Below, in pieces: positions 1-9,112 of a DNA stretch of 64,000 nucleotides; the first letter of the stretch is position 1, and each line of letters starts with the position of its first letter. The DNA lies in assembly GCA_049513795.1 (NCBI GenBank), contig JBEKVS010000004.1, forward strand, positions 3,095 through 67,094, read 5' to 3'. Both the position numbers and the translations under genes were made by a program. A model generated the notes under the pieces. That model saw only the letters and a program-made list of their open reading frames with translations, was not told the DNA's origin and did not search any database. Source of the DNA: Terracidiphilus sp. Lineage in GTDB: Bacteria; Acidobacteriota; Terriglobia; Terriglobales; Acidobacteriaceae.

Positions 1-1093
1 TCTTGGCCAGGGCTATGAAGCTGCCGCGCATAATCTTCGCCCAATTGGGAGTCAGCAGGCAGGCGCGTGTTTCACTTGGCCTTTCGATCTGTCCAAACAG
101 GCAATTGGCGGCAATGAAGCCGGTGTCAGAGATCGCTATGGCATTCTGAATGGTGACGCTGCGGCCCTTGATCGAGTCCTTTTGAACCAGCCCGTCCAGA
201 AGGCGCATACCGTTCACGGGATCGTAGACGAGCGCGAACGTCGAGGTAGGGGTGGTGGGGTAATAGGCGCCGACCGCGACGCCGGAATCGTTCAACCCAT
301 TGCAATACGCTTCAATATTGGGGTCGTAATAGTAGGTCTGTGTTCCATTATTCGACCAGATCGCAAATTCGGCTTCATAGTCCATGCCGCACGACGTGCC
401 GTCCGCGCGGATGGCGAAGGTCGGACTACCCTGAGCCTGGTTTCCGAGAATGTAGGGAGCATCGCTCGGTCCGATCACGCAACCCTCCGAATAATCCCCT
501 GGATCTGTCGGCGCGCACATGCCGATAATCAACCCGGCGTCGTTGATTGAATAAGGACTGAAGCCTGCATCGAAGTACGGCCCGGGAAGGGTGTAGGCGG
601 GATTCGTGTTGAGCTCGTAGTTGGTATATACCCAGTAGCCTTGTTCACCGCCCGCTCCCACCACGGTGTCGCTATTGTTCATGGCAGCCGCGCCGCCGAT
701 TCCCAGGTCGGCCCAGTTCGTGCCGACGTTAATGAACGACTCCGTGGCGCCTTGGGCGTTGAGGGTGTAGTTCACCACATAGTGGCCAATGTTGTTGATG
801 GCTACCGTCGTTCCGCCAAACTCCGTGCCTCCCGTCCAAACATCCGTCATAGTCCCGTTGGAATAAAGAAATGGATCGGAGTGGCTGTTTCCCGCAATCG
901 CCGCAGTGCCCACAACCTGGCCGGCATTGTTTACCGAGGTAGCCAAGCTGGTTGAGCCGCCCAGCGCGCCCAAATCGGTCCAGGTATATTCCTGCGCCGA
1001 TGCCGAGACTGAAAACAGGACAGGAATGGCCAGCGCAAGCCAAAGGCGGCGCGGTGAGATTGCAAAGGAATGACGTCGCAGATCGATAAGCAT
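1..1093 (-). CDS. Secreted HAF-family extracellular repeat protein (DUF3466-like); 3' end runs off the window
   Basis: Absent from the ORF track because it has no stop inside the window. Manual translation from ATG at 1093 (RBS AAGGAG upstream) gives MLIDLRRHSFAISPRRLWLALAIPVLFSVSASAQEYTWTDLGALGGSTSLATSVNNAGQVVG...PFLYSNGTMTD: a signal peptide plus TDLGxLGG / INNxGQVVG repeats. Confidence 0.8.
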   Translation of the reverse strand, partial: MLIDLRRHSFAISPRRLWLALAIPVLFSVSASAQEYTWTDLGALGGSTSLATSVNNAGQVVGTAAIAGNSHSDPFLYSNGTMTDVWTGGTEFGGTTVAINNIGHYVVNYTLNAQGATESFINVGTNWADLGIGGAAAMNNSDTVVGAGGEQGYWVYTNYELNTNPAYTLPGPYFDAGFSPYSINDAGLIIGMCAPTDPGDYSEGCVIGPSDAPYILGNQAQGSPTFAIRADGTSCGMDYEAEFAIWSNNGTQTYYYDPNIEAYCNGLNDSGVAVGAYYPTTPTSTFALVYDPVNGMRLLDGLVQKDSIKGRSVTIQNAIAISDTGFIAANCLFGQIERPSETRACLLTPNWAKIMRGSFIALAK

Positions 1094-1233
1094 AATGGGT
1101 CTCCTTTAGAGTTCGCCTGTGGCGCACTGCTTTAATGTGGGAGCCCAACGATCTTTTGTGACAAGTTCAGCAAGAAAATTTGAAAAAGGTGCGGAGTTGG
1201 ATTTGCCGATCATGATCTGGTTTATGCGGGCTG

Positions 1234-2262
1234 CTATTGCCCTGCGCCAAGCCAGTAATTCGCCCGCGCCACAACCCGCGCCCCATAATCCTGCGCCGTT
1301 TTCACACGGATCGTATGCAGCCCAGGCTTCGGGTCCGACGGGCTGAAGGTAATCAGATACCGGTTGCGCGCATGCTTGGCCGCGTCAACGACACGCTGCT
1401 CGAAGGCCTTGTCGCCGGTGAAGGTGTTGTACTCGCCGCCGCTCATGCCGGCGATCTCCTTGGCTACGTTCTTCTTGAACGCTTGCGGGATCATGGCCAG
1501 AGATGAAATCGGATTCATGATGCGGTCGTCGCCGGAGTCCTTCACATCGTGCAGAAACTCGGCCTTCGATGGCGAAAAAGAAATGCTCAACACCAGCACG
1601 TCGGAGCGTCCAATTTTCTTAGCCAGCTCCTCCGGCTTGGTGTGTTTGCTGCCGTGATCGCGTTTCTCGCTCACCAGCAGCAGCACGCGGCGAAACTGCT
1701 TGGGCTGGTCTTCTAGCAGGTCAACGGCGTAGCTGACGGTGTCGAGTATGGCGTCGCCGCCGTTGCCCGGTTGCAGATGCTGCAGCGCGTCGCCCACCTC
1801 TTCGCTTGAGTGGGTGTAATCCTGAATCAGGTGCGGGACGGAATCGAAACCCACCAGCGCCGCCTGACTCTGGCCGTCGGAGAGAAACAAATCGAGCAGC
1901 GGCCCGAGCTTGGCCAGCTTGTCGAACTCGAGCGCGCTCACCCCGCCCTCTTCAACAGCAACCACCAGAGCAACGGGAGCTGTGTCCATCTCCTCCTGAA
2001 CGCGAATCTTCTGCCGCACGCCGTTGTCTTCGAGAACGAAATCGTCCGGCTTGAGGCCGTAGACGATTCCGCCGCCGCGCTTTTCGACCAGCGTGGGGAC
2101 GAGCACTTCATTGGTGGTGACGCGCAGCGTGGGCGTATCGGGGTGAGCGCCTGGCATCGGCAGTGGCGGCTCCGCAGGCGGGATCTGCTGTGCCGCGGCC
2201 GTCGCGCCGGTCATGATTATTGCGATCGCAATCAGGCCCACATGGCTTGTTGCAATATTCAT
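1234..2262 (-). CDS. Secreted VWA-domain protein (Acidobacterial VWFA-related family)
   Basis: Signal peptide, LRVTTNEVLVPTLV...GLKPDDFVLEDNGVRQKI, RRVLLLVSEKRD and YLITFSPSDPKPGLHTIRV, all typical of this family. Confidence 0.85.
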   Translation of the reverse strand: MNIATSHVGLIAIAIIMTGATAAAQQIPPAEPPLPMPGAHPDTPTLRVTTNEVLVPTLVEKRGGGIVYGLKPDDFVLEDNGVRQKIRVQEEMDTAPVALVVAVEEGGVSALEFDKLAKLGPLLDLFLSDGQSQAALVGFDSVPHLIQDYTHSSEEVGDALQHLQPGNGGDAILDTVSYAVDLLEDQPKQFRRVLLLVSEKRDHGSKHTKPEELAKKIGRSDVLVLSISFSPSKAEFLHDVKDSGDDRIMNPISSLAMIPQAFKKNVAKEIAGMSGGEYNTFTGDKAFEQRVVDAAKHARNRYLITFSPSDPKPGLHTIRVKTAQDYGARVVARANYWLGAGQ

Positions 2263-2329
2263 GCGGAAAGCAACTCCATGGTCAAAGGATTCGAAGGAAT
2301 ATCAGAAATATGTTTCCTGCATTACCGGT

Positions 2330-2554
2330 TCATGCCCGCTTGCGCACTTCCTTGTCCAAGTGCCCCGTCCAGGCCAGGAAACTCAAAAGCTCCCACCGCG
2401 AGGTCCAGATGAACTTGAATATTTTGCGGGGAGTGAGACTCTCCGCGCGTTGGCCGGAATAGGTCTCCACGCGCCAGCGCAGGTATTCGCTTCGCCAGGG
2501 AGCAAACCGATGACCACGTGTTGCGTTCCACAGGAACCGTAGCGCGGTGAACAA
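2330..2554 (-). CDS. Small hypothetical protein (~74 aa, Trp/Arg-rich)
   Basis: Lies within track ORF 2330..2647. Likely TTG start at 2554 after GAAGGA, with a TATACT -10-like box upstream. Protein includes LRFLWNATRGHRFAPWRSEYLRWRVETYSG. Confidence 0.55.
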   Translation of the reverse strand: MFTALRFLWNATRGHRFAPWRSEYLRWRVETYSGQRAESLTPRKIFKFIWTSRWELLSFLAWTGHLDKEVRKRA

Positions 2555-2695
2555 GGTGTGTCCTTCGCATTCAGTATAGACGGGGCTGGAATCATATCGA
2601 AACCAGGCGCGCAAAGGCTCATGGACGTTCGACGCTTTCCGAGCCATACGCCTTGACGGATTCGGCTCGTCGAAAGGGGGCGAAAGCCGCAGCTC

Positions 2696-3607
2696 CTACT
2701 GAAGATGACTGAACAAGCTATTCGAAGCCGCGTCGAGTTGCGAGATCACGGCCTCAAGCGCGGTTTGCTGCGTTTCGTCGAGTGAGAGCGATGTGGAGAC
2801 CTGGGCTACATCGGCTTGCATCAAGTTGGTCTGTGCGGCGGTCAATTGGGTCTGGTCGCTGGTGACCGCATCAGAAGCGGCGGTGATCTGGGTGATGGAG
2901 TTATCAAGGGTCACCCGCTGCTGTGAAACGTAGTTGAGCGACGTGCTTAACGCCTGCGTATCCGCAACCGCCTGCGTCGTGTCGACCGTTCCGGTAGAGT
3001 AATCGGCAACCAGGCTGTTCAAGGCTGCGAAGACGCTATTTGTACCGCTCCCCAGGAAGATTTGATTGCCGGGGACATTCAACTGAATCTTCTGCCCGTT
3101 CGGCGTCTCCAGGTAGTTCACATCCTGGTCGCCGTTGTAAGTCGTGATGGCGGGAGAAGTTCCATTTGAAGTGGTAAAGGGCGACGTCGAAGTTTGCCCG
3201 CCGGCGAAAATGTACTGGCCTTCGAAGCTGGTGTTGGCCAGCGACGTGACTTCGTCGAGAATCCCGGCTATCTGGTTCCCGATGGCACGGATGTTGCTTG
3301 GGTTCAAGGTCCCATTATTGGCGCTGGTGGCGAGCGAGATAGCCTGCGTGAGCTGCGTCACCACGCCGCCCAGCGTGGAGTCAGCCACCTGCAACTGGCC
3401 CGTGACCAGATCGGAACTCTGCGTGAAGGTATCATCCTGCTGCAGTTGATTCAGCAGCAGCACGTTCTCGCCCGAAGCCACAGGGTTCTGGCCCAGCGAT
3501 GTGATGCTCACGCCACTCGACAACTCAGCCGTCAGTTGCTGTTCGCTGGCCTGGGCAGTGTCCAGCGAGCCCACCAGGTTCGATACATAACTCGGATCCA
3601 CCCGCAT
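2696..3607 (-). CDS. flgL: Flagellar hook-associated protein 3
   Basis: Flagellin-N-like start (LSSGVSITSLGQNPVA), ANTSFEGQYIFAG, directly downstream of flgK, GGGGAGG RBS. Confidence 0.9.
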   Translation of the reverse strand: MRVDPSYVSNLVGSLDTAQASEQQLTAELSSGVSITSLGQNPVASGENVLLLNQLQQDDTFTQSSDLVTGQLQVADSTLGGVVTQLTQAISLATSANNGTLNPSNIRAIGNQIAGILDEVTSLANTSFEGQYIFAGGQTSTSPFTTSNGTSPAITTYNGDQDVNYLETPNGQKIQLNVPGNQIFLGSGTNSVFAALNSLVADYSTGTVDTTQAVADTQALSTSLNYVSQQRVTLDNSITQITAASDAVTSDQTQLTAAQTNLMQADVAQVSTSLSLDETQQTALEAVISQLDAASNSLFSHLQ

Positions 3608-3677
3608 TGAATTCCTCCCCAGGCTGCAATCGGTCGCTCTTGGCCGGCCTCGAACGCCAACGCTTCGACCGCCTCAG

Positions 3678-5063
3678 TCAAGTGACCGTCGTCTGTTCAC
3701 CCAGGTTCAACGCCGAGGTCATGATGGTATTCAGCAGGTTGAATACCTGTGAAGCTGCCTGATAACTGTTTTGCAGCGTGGACATGGCCGCTGCTTCGTC
3801 GTTCAGGTTGACGCCCGAGAGTGCGTTGTTTTGCGTCTGCAACTGGGTCACGGACGCGTTCTGGGCCGTGTTCTCCGCCTGCACGCCTGAGACGGTCGCG
3901 CCCAATGTCGAAACAAAGTTGGAGTAAAAGTTGATCGGCGTCTGGCTATTCACAATCGCATTGTTGGCCAGTTGCGCCATGGCCGTCGCATTCGAGTTAT
4001 CGCCCGTTCCCTGCCCGAGTGACGCAGCGGAGATTTGATTGGGGTTCGTCATCAGGACGGTCATAGCCGCCGCGCTGCCCGCCACCTGCGCAGGTTGACT
4101 GAAGATGTAGAGCGGATTGGCAGCCGTCCCCGTGGTCCCGTTGAGATCGGTGCCCGTGTTGTTCAGCGCATTCACCGAAGTGGAGACGGTATAGGCCAGT
4201 TGATCGAGCGTGTTGAGCGCGGAGGGTATGTCCTGGTCGCGCGCCGTCAGATATCCACCCAACTCACCGCCTCCCGTTGCCAGTGCGGCGGTAACGTCGG
4301 CCGTCCCCATGAAGAAGTGCGTGACTCCGGCGACTGGACCGCTGGTCAGCTGATAGCTCGAATCTCCGGCGACCATCAGTTGCCCTGAGGTGGTGGTGAT
4401 GGAAAGACCGTTGTTTTCGGTCTTGATCTGGTTCACTCCGATCAACTGCGAGAGCTGGCTGATATCTTCGCTGCGCTGGTCTTCGAGCGTTCCCGCGTCG
4501 GCATTGGGAGAATTGGTCTGGATCTGCAAATTCAGCTGGGCAATGGCGCTGGTCAGCGAGTTGACCTGGCTGGTGACTCCGGACGCGTCCTGGCTGAGCG
4601 CGGCGCTCTGTCCGTTGAGGCTTGCGGCGGCGTTCGAGACATCCCCTGCCAATGTTTTCGCCGACGCCAATACCTCTTCCCGCAGCGAGTTATTGGTTGG
4701 GTTGGCTTCAAGGGACGCAAATGAACTGAAGAAGCTGGTGATGTCGCTGCCGATGTCCCCCGCCGTGCCGGAGGCTGACCCTGAGTCAGGTGGAAACAGG
4801 GCCTGCACGCTATCCAGAGCGGTGAGCCGCGAGCCTGACGCGGCAGCCATTTGCTGCTGCTGATCGAGCCGCGCCGTCAGTACGCTGTCGCGCAGCGATG
4901 TAGCTCCGGTCTCCGATACGCCGTCGCCGGTCAAGATTCCACCGATTTGGACAGGCTGGTTCTCCTGCCAGTTGGGCACTTCCTGCGTATAACCGGGCGT
5001 GTTGGCGTTGCCCACGTTGTTGGCCACAATGCTCAGCGCCGACTGCCTTCCGCGCCGCCCCAT
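3678..5063 (-). CDS. flgK: Flagellar hook-associated protein 1, N-terminally truncated
   Basis: ALSIVANNVGNANTPGY, LEDQR and SGVNLNDEAAAM...YQAA motifs. The usual ~15-20 residues before Q-x-A-L are replaced by MGRRGR read from the upstream gene. Confidence 0.9.
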   Translation of the reverse strand: MGRRGRQSALSIVANNVGNANTPGYTQEVPNWQENQPVQIGGILTGDGVSETGATSLRDSVLTARLDQQQQMAAASGSRLTALDSVQALFPPDSGSASGTAGDIGSDITSFFSSFASLEANPTNNSLREEVLASAKTLAGDVSNAAASLNGQSAALSQDASGVTSQVNSLTSAIAQLNLQIQTNSPNADAGTLEDQRSEDISQLSQLIGVNQIKTENNGLSITTTSGQLMVAGDSSYQLTSGPVAGVTHFFMGTADVTAALATGGGELGGYLTARDQDIPSALNTLDQLAYTVSTSVNALNNTGTDLNGTTGTAANPLYIFSQPAQVAGSAAAMTVLMTNPNQISAASLGQGTGDNSNATAMAQLANNAIVNSQTPINFYSNFVSTLGATVSGVQAENTAQNASVTQLQTQNNALSGVNLNDEAAAMSTLQNSYQAASQVFNLLNTIMTSALNLGEQTTVT

Positions 5064-5458
5064 CCCAGCGCCTGCGCCTCGCTATATTCGAGACGCCCCT
5101 CGCGCATCGCGCGCAGTCGGCTCATCAAGCCCAGGTTGCCTCGCGTAACTTCGAGCACCCGGGCCAATATAGCCATCTCTTCAGCCGCCTGGCGTGCCTG
5201 GACAGCCAATGGCCCGCAGCCTTCCGGATCCGCAGGGCTCTGGTCTTGGCATGTCTCCCGGCTCACCTTCCCAACGCGGTCCCGGTTCAGGGATGCGCAT
5301 ACCAACGCCAGTTCTTCCAGCCGACCTACATCCAACATTGCCAGCGCCTGAGAGGCATCGGCCGCCAGCAGCTTCAGGGACGGAAGGTCCATTTCCTTGC
5401 AGCCCCTTTCCAGATGGTCCGCTTCCGGATGCTTCCAGCGCTTGCCCGTCTCCTGCAT
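5033..5458 (-). CDS. FlgN-like flagellar export chaperone (positional call)
   Basis: Helical ~141-aa ORF between the flgM fragment and flgK; RBS GGAAAGGAAGG before the ATG at 5458. Confidence 0.5.
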   Translation of the reverse strand: MQETGKRWKHPEADHLERGCKEMDLPSLKLLAADASQALAMLDVGRLEELALVCASLNRDRVGKVSRETCQDQSPADPEGCGPLAVQARQAAEEMAILARVLEVTRGNLGLMSRLRAMREGRLEYSEAQALGWGGAEGSRR

Positions 5459-5546
5459 GGCCGGCAATCCTTCCTTTCCGCTTTTTGAAGCTTCAGGCGA
5501 CCTGGCGTCGCGGGTGGCCAACCCCTATCCAAGCGGCAAACGCGGC

Positions 5547-5645
5547 CTATTGCTTCAAGGGCATCATGGCTTCCACCATCTTCGACGCCACCGCCGATGG
5601 CGCAACGTTGTAACTGCCCGAAGCCAGCGCTGCCTGGATGCTGTC
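5547..5645 (-). pseudogene. flgM: 3' fragment of anti-sigma-28 factor FlgM
   Basis: SIQAALASGSYNVAPSAVASKMVEAMM matches the FlgM C-terminal motif (I+xAIxxGxYxVxxxxIAxKM). Sequence upstream of ~5645 is not FlgM-like. Confidence 0.7.
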
Positions 5646-5988
5646 CGCTTCTCGGCATCTGCGCCAGCCGTGGGACCAACTCCCGGCTCGGTGGGCGGAA
5701 GAGGCAGTGTTTGTGCTGTGGCCATGCAACGGGAATCGAGGCAGATCGGTATCCAAAAGAGGAAGAGAAGGATTGGAAAGATCACAGCTTGACTCAAGAT
5801 CGGGCTATAGCGGCCGAGAGCGAGTGACGGTCGAGAGTCATGCCGGCGATCCACATCGCTGCTACACTGAAAGTGAACCGCTGGATGCGATTTGAATGCC
5901 CGCCTGCCTGTCCTGTACGAATTGCGGACGAATCGCGGTACGGGCCGCGCAGCCTATCTCGGATCGCTCGAAATCGAGGTTGAACACC

Positions 5989-6939
5989 ATGACGGAACTG
6001 AACGGAACAAGCTTCACAGGCACCAGCCTGCGTCTGAAAATCGGACTAGCTGAAATGCTCAAGGGCGGCGTCATCATGGACGTGATGAACGTGGAGCAGG
6101 CGCGCATAGCCGAGGAAGCCGGCGCCACATCGGTAATGGCCCTCGAGCGCGTCCCGGCCATGATCCGCGCCGAAGGCGGCGTGGCCCGCATGGCCAAACC
6201 CAGCCTGATCAAGCAGATCATCCAGGCGGTCTCCATTCCCGTCATGGCCAAGGCGCGCATCGGCCACTTCGCCGAAGCGCAAATCCTGCAACAACTCGGC
6301 GTCGACTTCATCGACGAAAGCGAAGTCCTCACCCCCGCTGACGAAGCCCACCACATCGACAAGCACGCCTTCACCACACCGTTTGTCTGCGGAGCGCGCA
6401 ATCTTGGAGAGGCGCTACGCCGCATCGCCGAAGGCGCAGCCATGATCCGGACAAAAGGAGAGGCGGGCACCGGCGATGTCGTCCACGCCGTCCAGCACAT
6501 GCGCCAGATCACCCGCGAGATGCGAGCACTGACCGTGCTTTCCGAGCAGGAGCTTTACAAAGCCGCCAAGGACCACCAGGCGCCTTACGAATTGATCCGC
6601 ATGGTGGCCAAAACCGGGAAGCTGCCCGTTCCCAACTTTTCCGCTGGCGGCATCGCCACCCCCGCCGACGCCGCGTTGATGATGCAGCTAGGCGCCGAGG
6701 CCATCTTTGTCGGTTCCGGAATCTTTATGAAGGAACGCGCCACGCCTCTCGACGTCGAGAACGACCCCAAGGAGCGCGAAGAAGCCGTCTCCCGCGCCAA
6801 GGCCATCGTCACCGCCACCACCCACTACGACGACCCCAAGATCCTCGCTGAAGTCAGTGAGCAAGTCACCGGAACCATGAAGGGCTTGGCCGCCGCCGGA
6901 TTAGAAGAGTCCCAACTCCTCCAAACCCGCGGCTGGTAG
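5989..6939 (+). CDS. pdxS: Pyridoxal 5'-phosphate synthase lyase subunit
   Basis: [55 protein letters not shown]; RBS GAGGT before the ATG at 5989. Confidence 0.97.
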   Translation: MTELNGTSFTGTSLRLKIGLAEMLKGGVIMDVMNVEQARIAEEAGATSVMALERVPAMIRAEGGVARMAKPSLIKQIIQAVSIPVMAKARIGHFAEAQILQQLGVDFIDESEVLTPADEAHHIDKHAFTTPFVCGARNLGEALRRIAEGAAMIRTKGEAGTGDVVHAVQHMRQITREMRALTVLSEQELYKAAKDHQAPYELIRMVAKTGKLPVPNFSAGGIATPADAALMMQLGAEAIFVGSGIFMKERATPLDVENDPKEREEAVSRAKAIVTATTHYDDPKILAEVSEQVTGTMKGLAAAGLEESQLLQTRGW

Positions 6940-7057
6940 GATTTGCCATCCAGGCAGACGCTCGCTCTCCGCTCGCAGGAGGTTCGTCGCTTGCCTATCT
7001 TCGCGCTAGAAATAGCGCAACGATGTGTCACCCCGCATGAACGGCGCAAGCGAGTCT

Positions 7058-7121
7058 GGAGGGAGCAGGGGCCTTCAGGCCCCTGAATCGAACGAATCGA
7101 CGGGGCGGCCTTTAGGCCCGG
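7058..7121. repeat. REP-like extragenic palindrome
   Basis: CAGGGGCCT-TC-AGGCCCCTG (7066-7085) followed by GGCC-TTTA-GGCC (7107-7118). Confidence 0.55.
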
Positions 7122-7264
7122 CATACCCGCAGCGATTGCCCGCCATTCCGATCCGGTCGTAGAAGCTCTGGCCAGCTAGTCCAGCGAATGATTCAGTCGC
7201 TCTGGGTTGCCTTTCGCATTACATTGGCCAACGCGGTCGTCGCGCCGCGCCGAAGGCGGCTGCC

Positions 7265-7576
7265 TCACCGCAGGTGATTCAATAAGTCGATCTTCACATC
7301 CCCATCCGGAAACACTGCGCGAATCTCCAGCGATCCGCCCATCGCTTCCACGTAGCTGCGCAGGGTGCTGAGGTACATGTCGGTGCGCTTTTCCAGCTTG
7401 GAGATATTGCCCTGGTCCATCTTCAGCACTTCGGCTAAACGGGTTTGCGTCATCTCGCGGGCATGGCGAAGTTGGTGCAACGGCATATTCCGCAACTCCT
7501 CTTTGGCTCGAGCAGCATTACGCGCCCGGCGTTCCGGAGACATCTTCGCCCGCAACTCTTCAAACTTTCTTGCCAT
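7265..7576 (-). CDS. higA: HigA-like XRE/HTH antitoxin
   Basis: MARKFEELRAKMSPERRAR...LRHAREMTQTRLAEVLKMDQGNISKLEKRTDMYLSTLRSYVEAMGG, immediately downstream of a RelE-type toxin. Confidence 0.88.
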   Translation of the reverse strand: MARKFEELRAKMSPERRARNAARAKEELRNMPLHQLRHAREMTQTRLAEVLKMDQGNISKLEKRTDMYLSTLRSYVEAMGGSLEIRAVFPDGDVKIDLLNHLR

Positions 7577-7577
7577 T

Positions 7578-7932
7578 CTATGACTCCTCTCCGAGTTCGC
7601 GCAGATGCTGCGCGTAGATTGCATCCGCCTTCGGTACGAAATCCCGGTACCAACGGGGATTCCCCGTCTTGTCCCCGCCGATGAGCAGAACTCCAGTGCG
7701 TCTTGGATCGAATGCATACAGCACGCGGTAGGGGCGGCCCTCATGCTGAATTCGCAACTCGCGCATGTTGGGAAATTGTGAATCGCGCATTGTGTCGGCA
7801 TAGGGCCTGGTCAGCGCCGCACCAGCATCCTCAAGCATGTTCACGGAGGAGTCGATGCTATCTTGTTCTTCGACCGTCAGGCCATCCCACCATTCACCGA
7901 ATTCGTCCGTGAAGTTCGACTTCCCAGGCCAT
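7578..7932 (-). pseudogene. higB: HigB/RelE-superfamily toxin (Gp49-like) with a +1 frameshift at ~7914
   Basis: ATG GCC TGG GAA GTC GAA [C] TTC ACG GAC GAA; removing the extra C restores MAWEVEFTDEFGEWWDGL...NMRELRIQHEGRPYRVLYAFDPRRTGVLLIGGDK. Confidence 0.85.
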
Positions 7933-7937
7933 GTGTA

Positions 7938-7966
7938 ATTATGTACTTATCTACATATATCGTCAA
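7938..7966 (-). promoter_or_regulatory. Sigma-70 promoter of higBA with overlapping palindromic operator; probably a leaderless transcript
   Basis: TTGACG-17 bp-CATAAT ends 5 nt before the ATG; the inverted repeat TATGTA-N6-TACATA (7940-7957) overlaps the spacer and -10 box. Confidence 0.75.
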
Positions 7967-8018
7967 GGGAATACTTCCCGGCCGATGCCGGCCCGTCCCC
8001 GATCCACCCAAGGAGCCG

Positions 8019-8075
8019 AGGGCCCCCATCCTTGTCACAATTTCATCGTGGAGGGGGTGGGAAACCACGAACCCC
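8019..8075. repeat. Degenerate REP-like palindrome (GCCCCATCC...GGGTGGGA type)
   Basis: ggcccccatccttgtcac-aatttcatc-gtggagggggtggga is an imperfect inverted repeat followed by aaccacgaacc. Confidence 0.45.
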
Positions 8076-8425
8076 AACCATCCGCTTTCGGATTCGCTCA
8101 TCCCTCTCACCTCAAGGTCCGGCGGCGGCTGCCCACCGCAGGTGCTTGCAGATAATTTCCCGTTCTTCGCGCACAATGGTACTGGGGAGATGAGCCCGGT
8201 CTATTTCGTCGGATATCCGCCCGGTCCGTACCCAAGGCGCACACCCCACCCCCTCCCCCGTTTTGGCCCCACCTGAATGAAAGGGAAAAGGTGACCCATC
8301 GGTTGAAAGGACTTACGCGTTCCAGTTTTGGAGCTCAGGCGAGCGAAAGGCGAGCGGTCTGCCCCGCCGCGGTGGTGGTGGACATGGTCAGATGACTAGT
8401 GTTATGACTACATGAGGAGTATTCC

Positions 8426-8686
8426 ATGTCCTGGCCGGTTTACGATGCGAAGGCGCGCTTCAGTGAGTTCCTTGAGACTACGCTCAAGGAGGGGCCGCAG
8501 GTGATCACCCGTCGGGGAGTGGAAACTGCTGTGCTGGTGCCGATTGACGAATGGAAGCGCCTTCAGGCCCAGGCGAGACCGTCCATCAAGGATGTTCTCC
8601 TCGACCCGAATGGGCCGCATGACCTCGATATTCCTCCGCGAAGGCAACTTCGTCTGCGCCCGTTCGTGTTTGAGGATGAAGGTTAG
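8426..8686 (+). CDS. Phd/YefM-family antitoxin
   Basis: MSWPVYDAKARFSEFLE...GPQVITRRGVETAVLVPIDEW; RBS GAGGAG. Confidence 0.9.
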   Translation: MSWPVYDAKARFSEFLETTLKEGPQVITRRGVETAVLVPIDEWKRLQAQARPSIKDVLLDPNGPHDLDIPPRRQLRLRPFVFEDEG

Positions 8687-8689
8687 ATT

Positions 8690-9112
8690 GTGTTCCTGCT
8701 CGATACGAACGTGATCTCAGAGCTTCGAAGAGGAAAACCGCACGGTGGTGTTGCCGCGTGGTTTGATCGAGTACGTGCCGAATCCATTCAGATTCCTGCG
8801 GTCGCGATTGCCGAATTGCAAGACGGCGCCGAGATGACACGGATACACGACCCCGACAAAGCAAGAGAGATCGAGCGTTGGATTGATCGAATCATGCAGA
8901 CTTTCGTGGTGATTCCGATGGATGGCGCGATCTTTCGAGAGTGGTCCCGCTTGATGGTGAACAAGTCCGTCGATCTGGCAGGAGACGGCATGATTGCGGC
9001 CACGGCGCGGGTTATGCGCCTCGTCGTTGTCACCCGAAACATAAAACACTTCGCGTCTTTCAACGTGGAAGTGTTCAACCCTTTCGAATATTCACGCGAG
9101 GAAAGAAGTTGA
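8690..9112 (+). CDS. vapC: VapC PIN-domain toxin
   Basis: [23 protein letters not shown] and [10 protein letters not shown] carry the PIN catalytic residues. Confidence 0.92.
   Translation: MFLLDTNVISELRRGKPHGGVAAWFDRVRAESIQIPAVAIAELQDGAEMTRIHDPDKAREIERWIDRIMQTFVVIPMDGAIFREWSRLMVNKSVDLAGDGMIAATARVMRLVVVTRNIKHFASFNVEVFNPFEYSREERS

Noticed and set aside
7265-7801. 178-aa extended antitoxin ORF
   Set aside because: The extension overlaps the toxin gene; the HigA-like protein starts at 7576.
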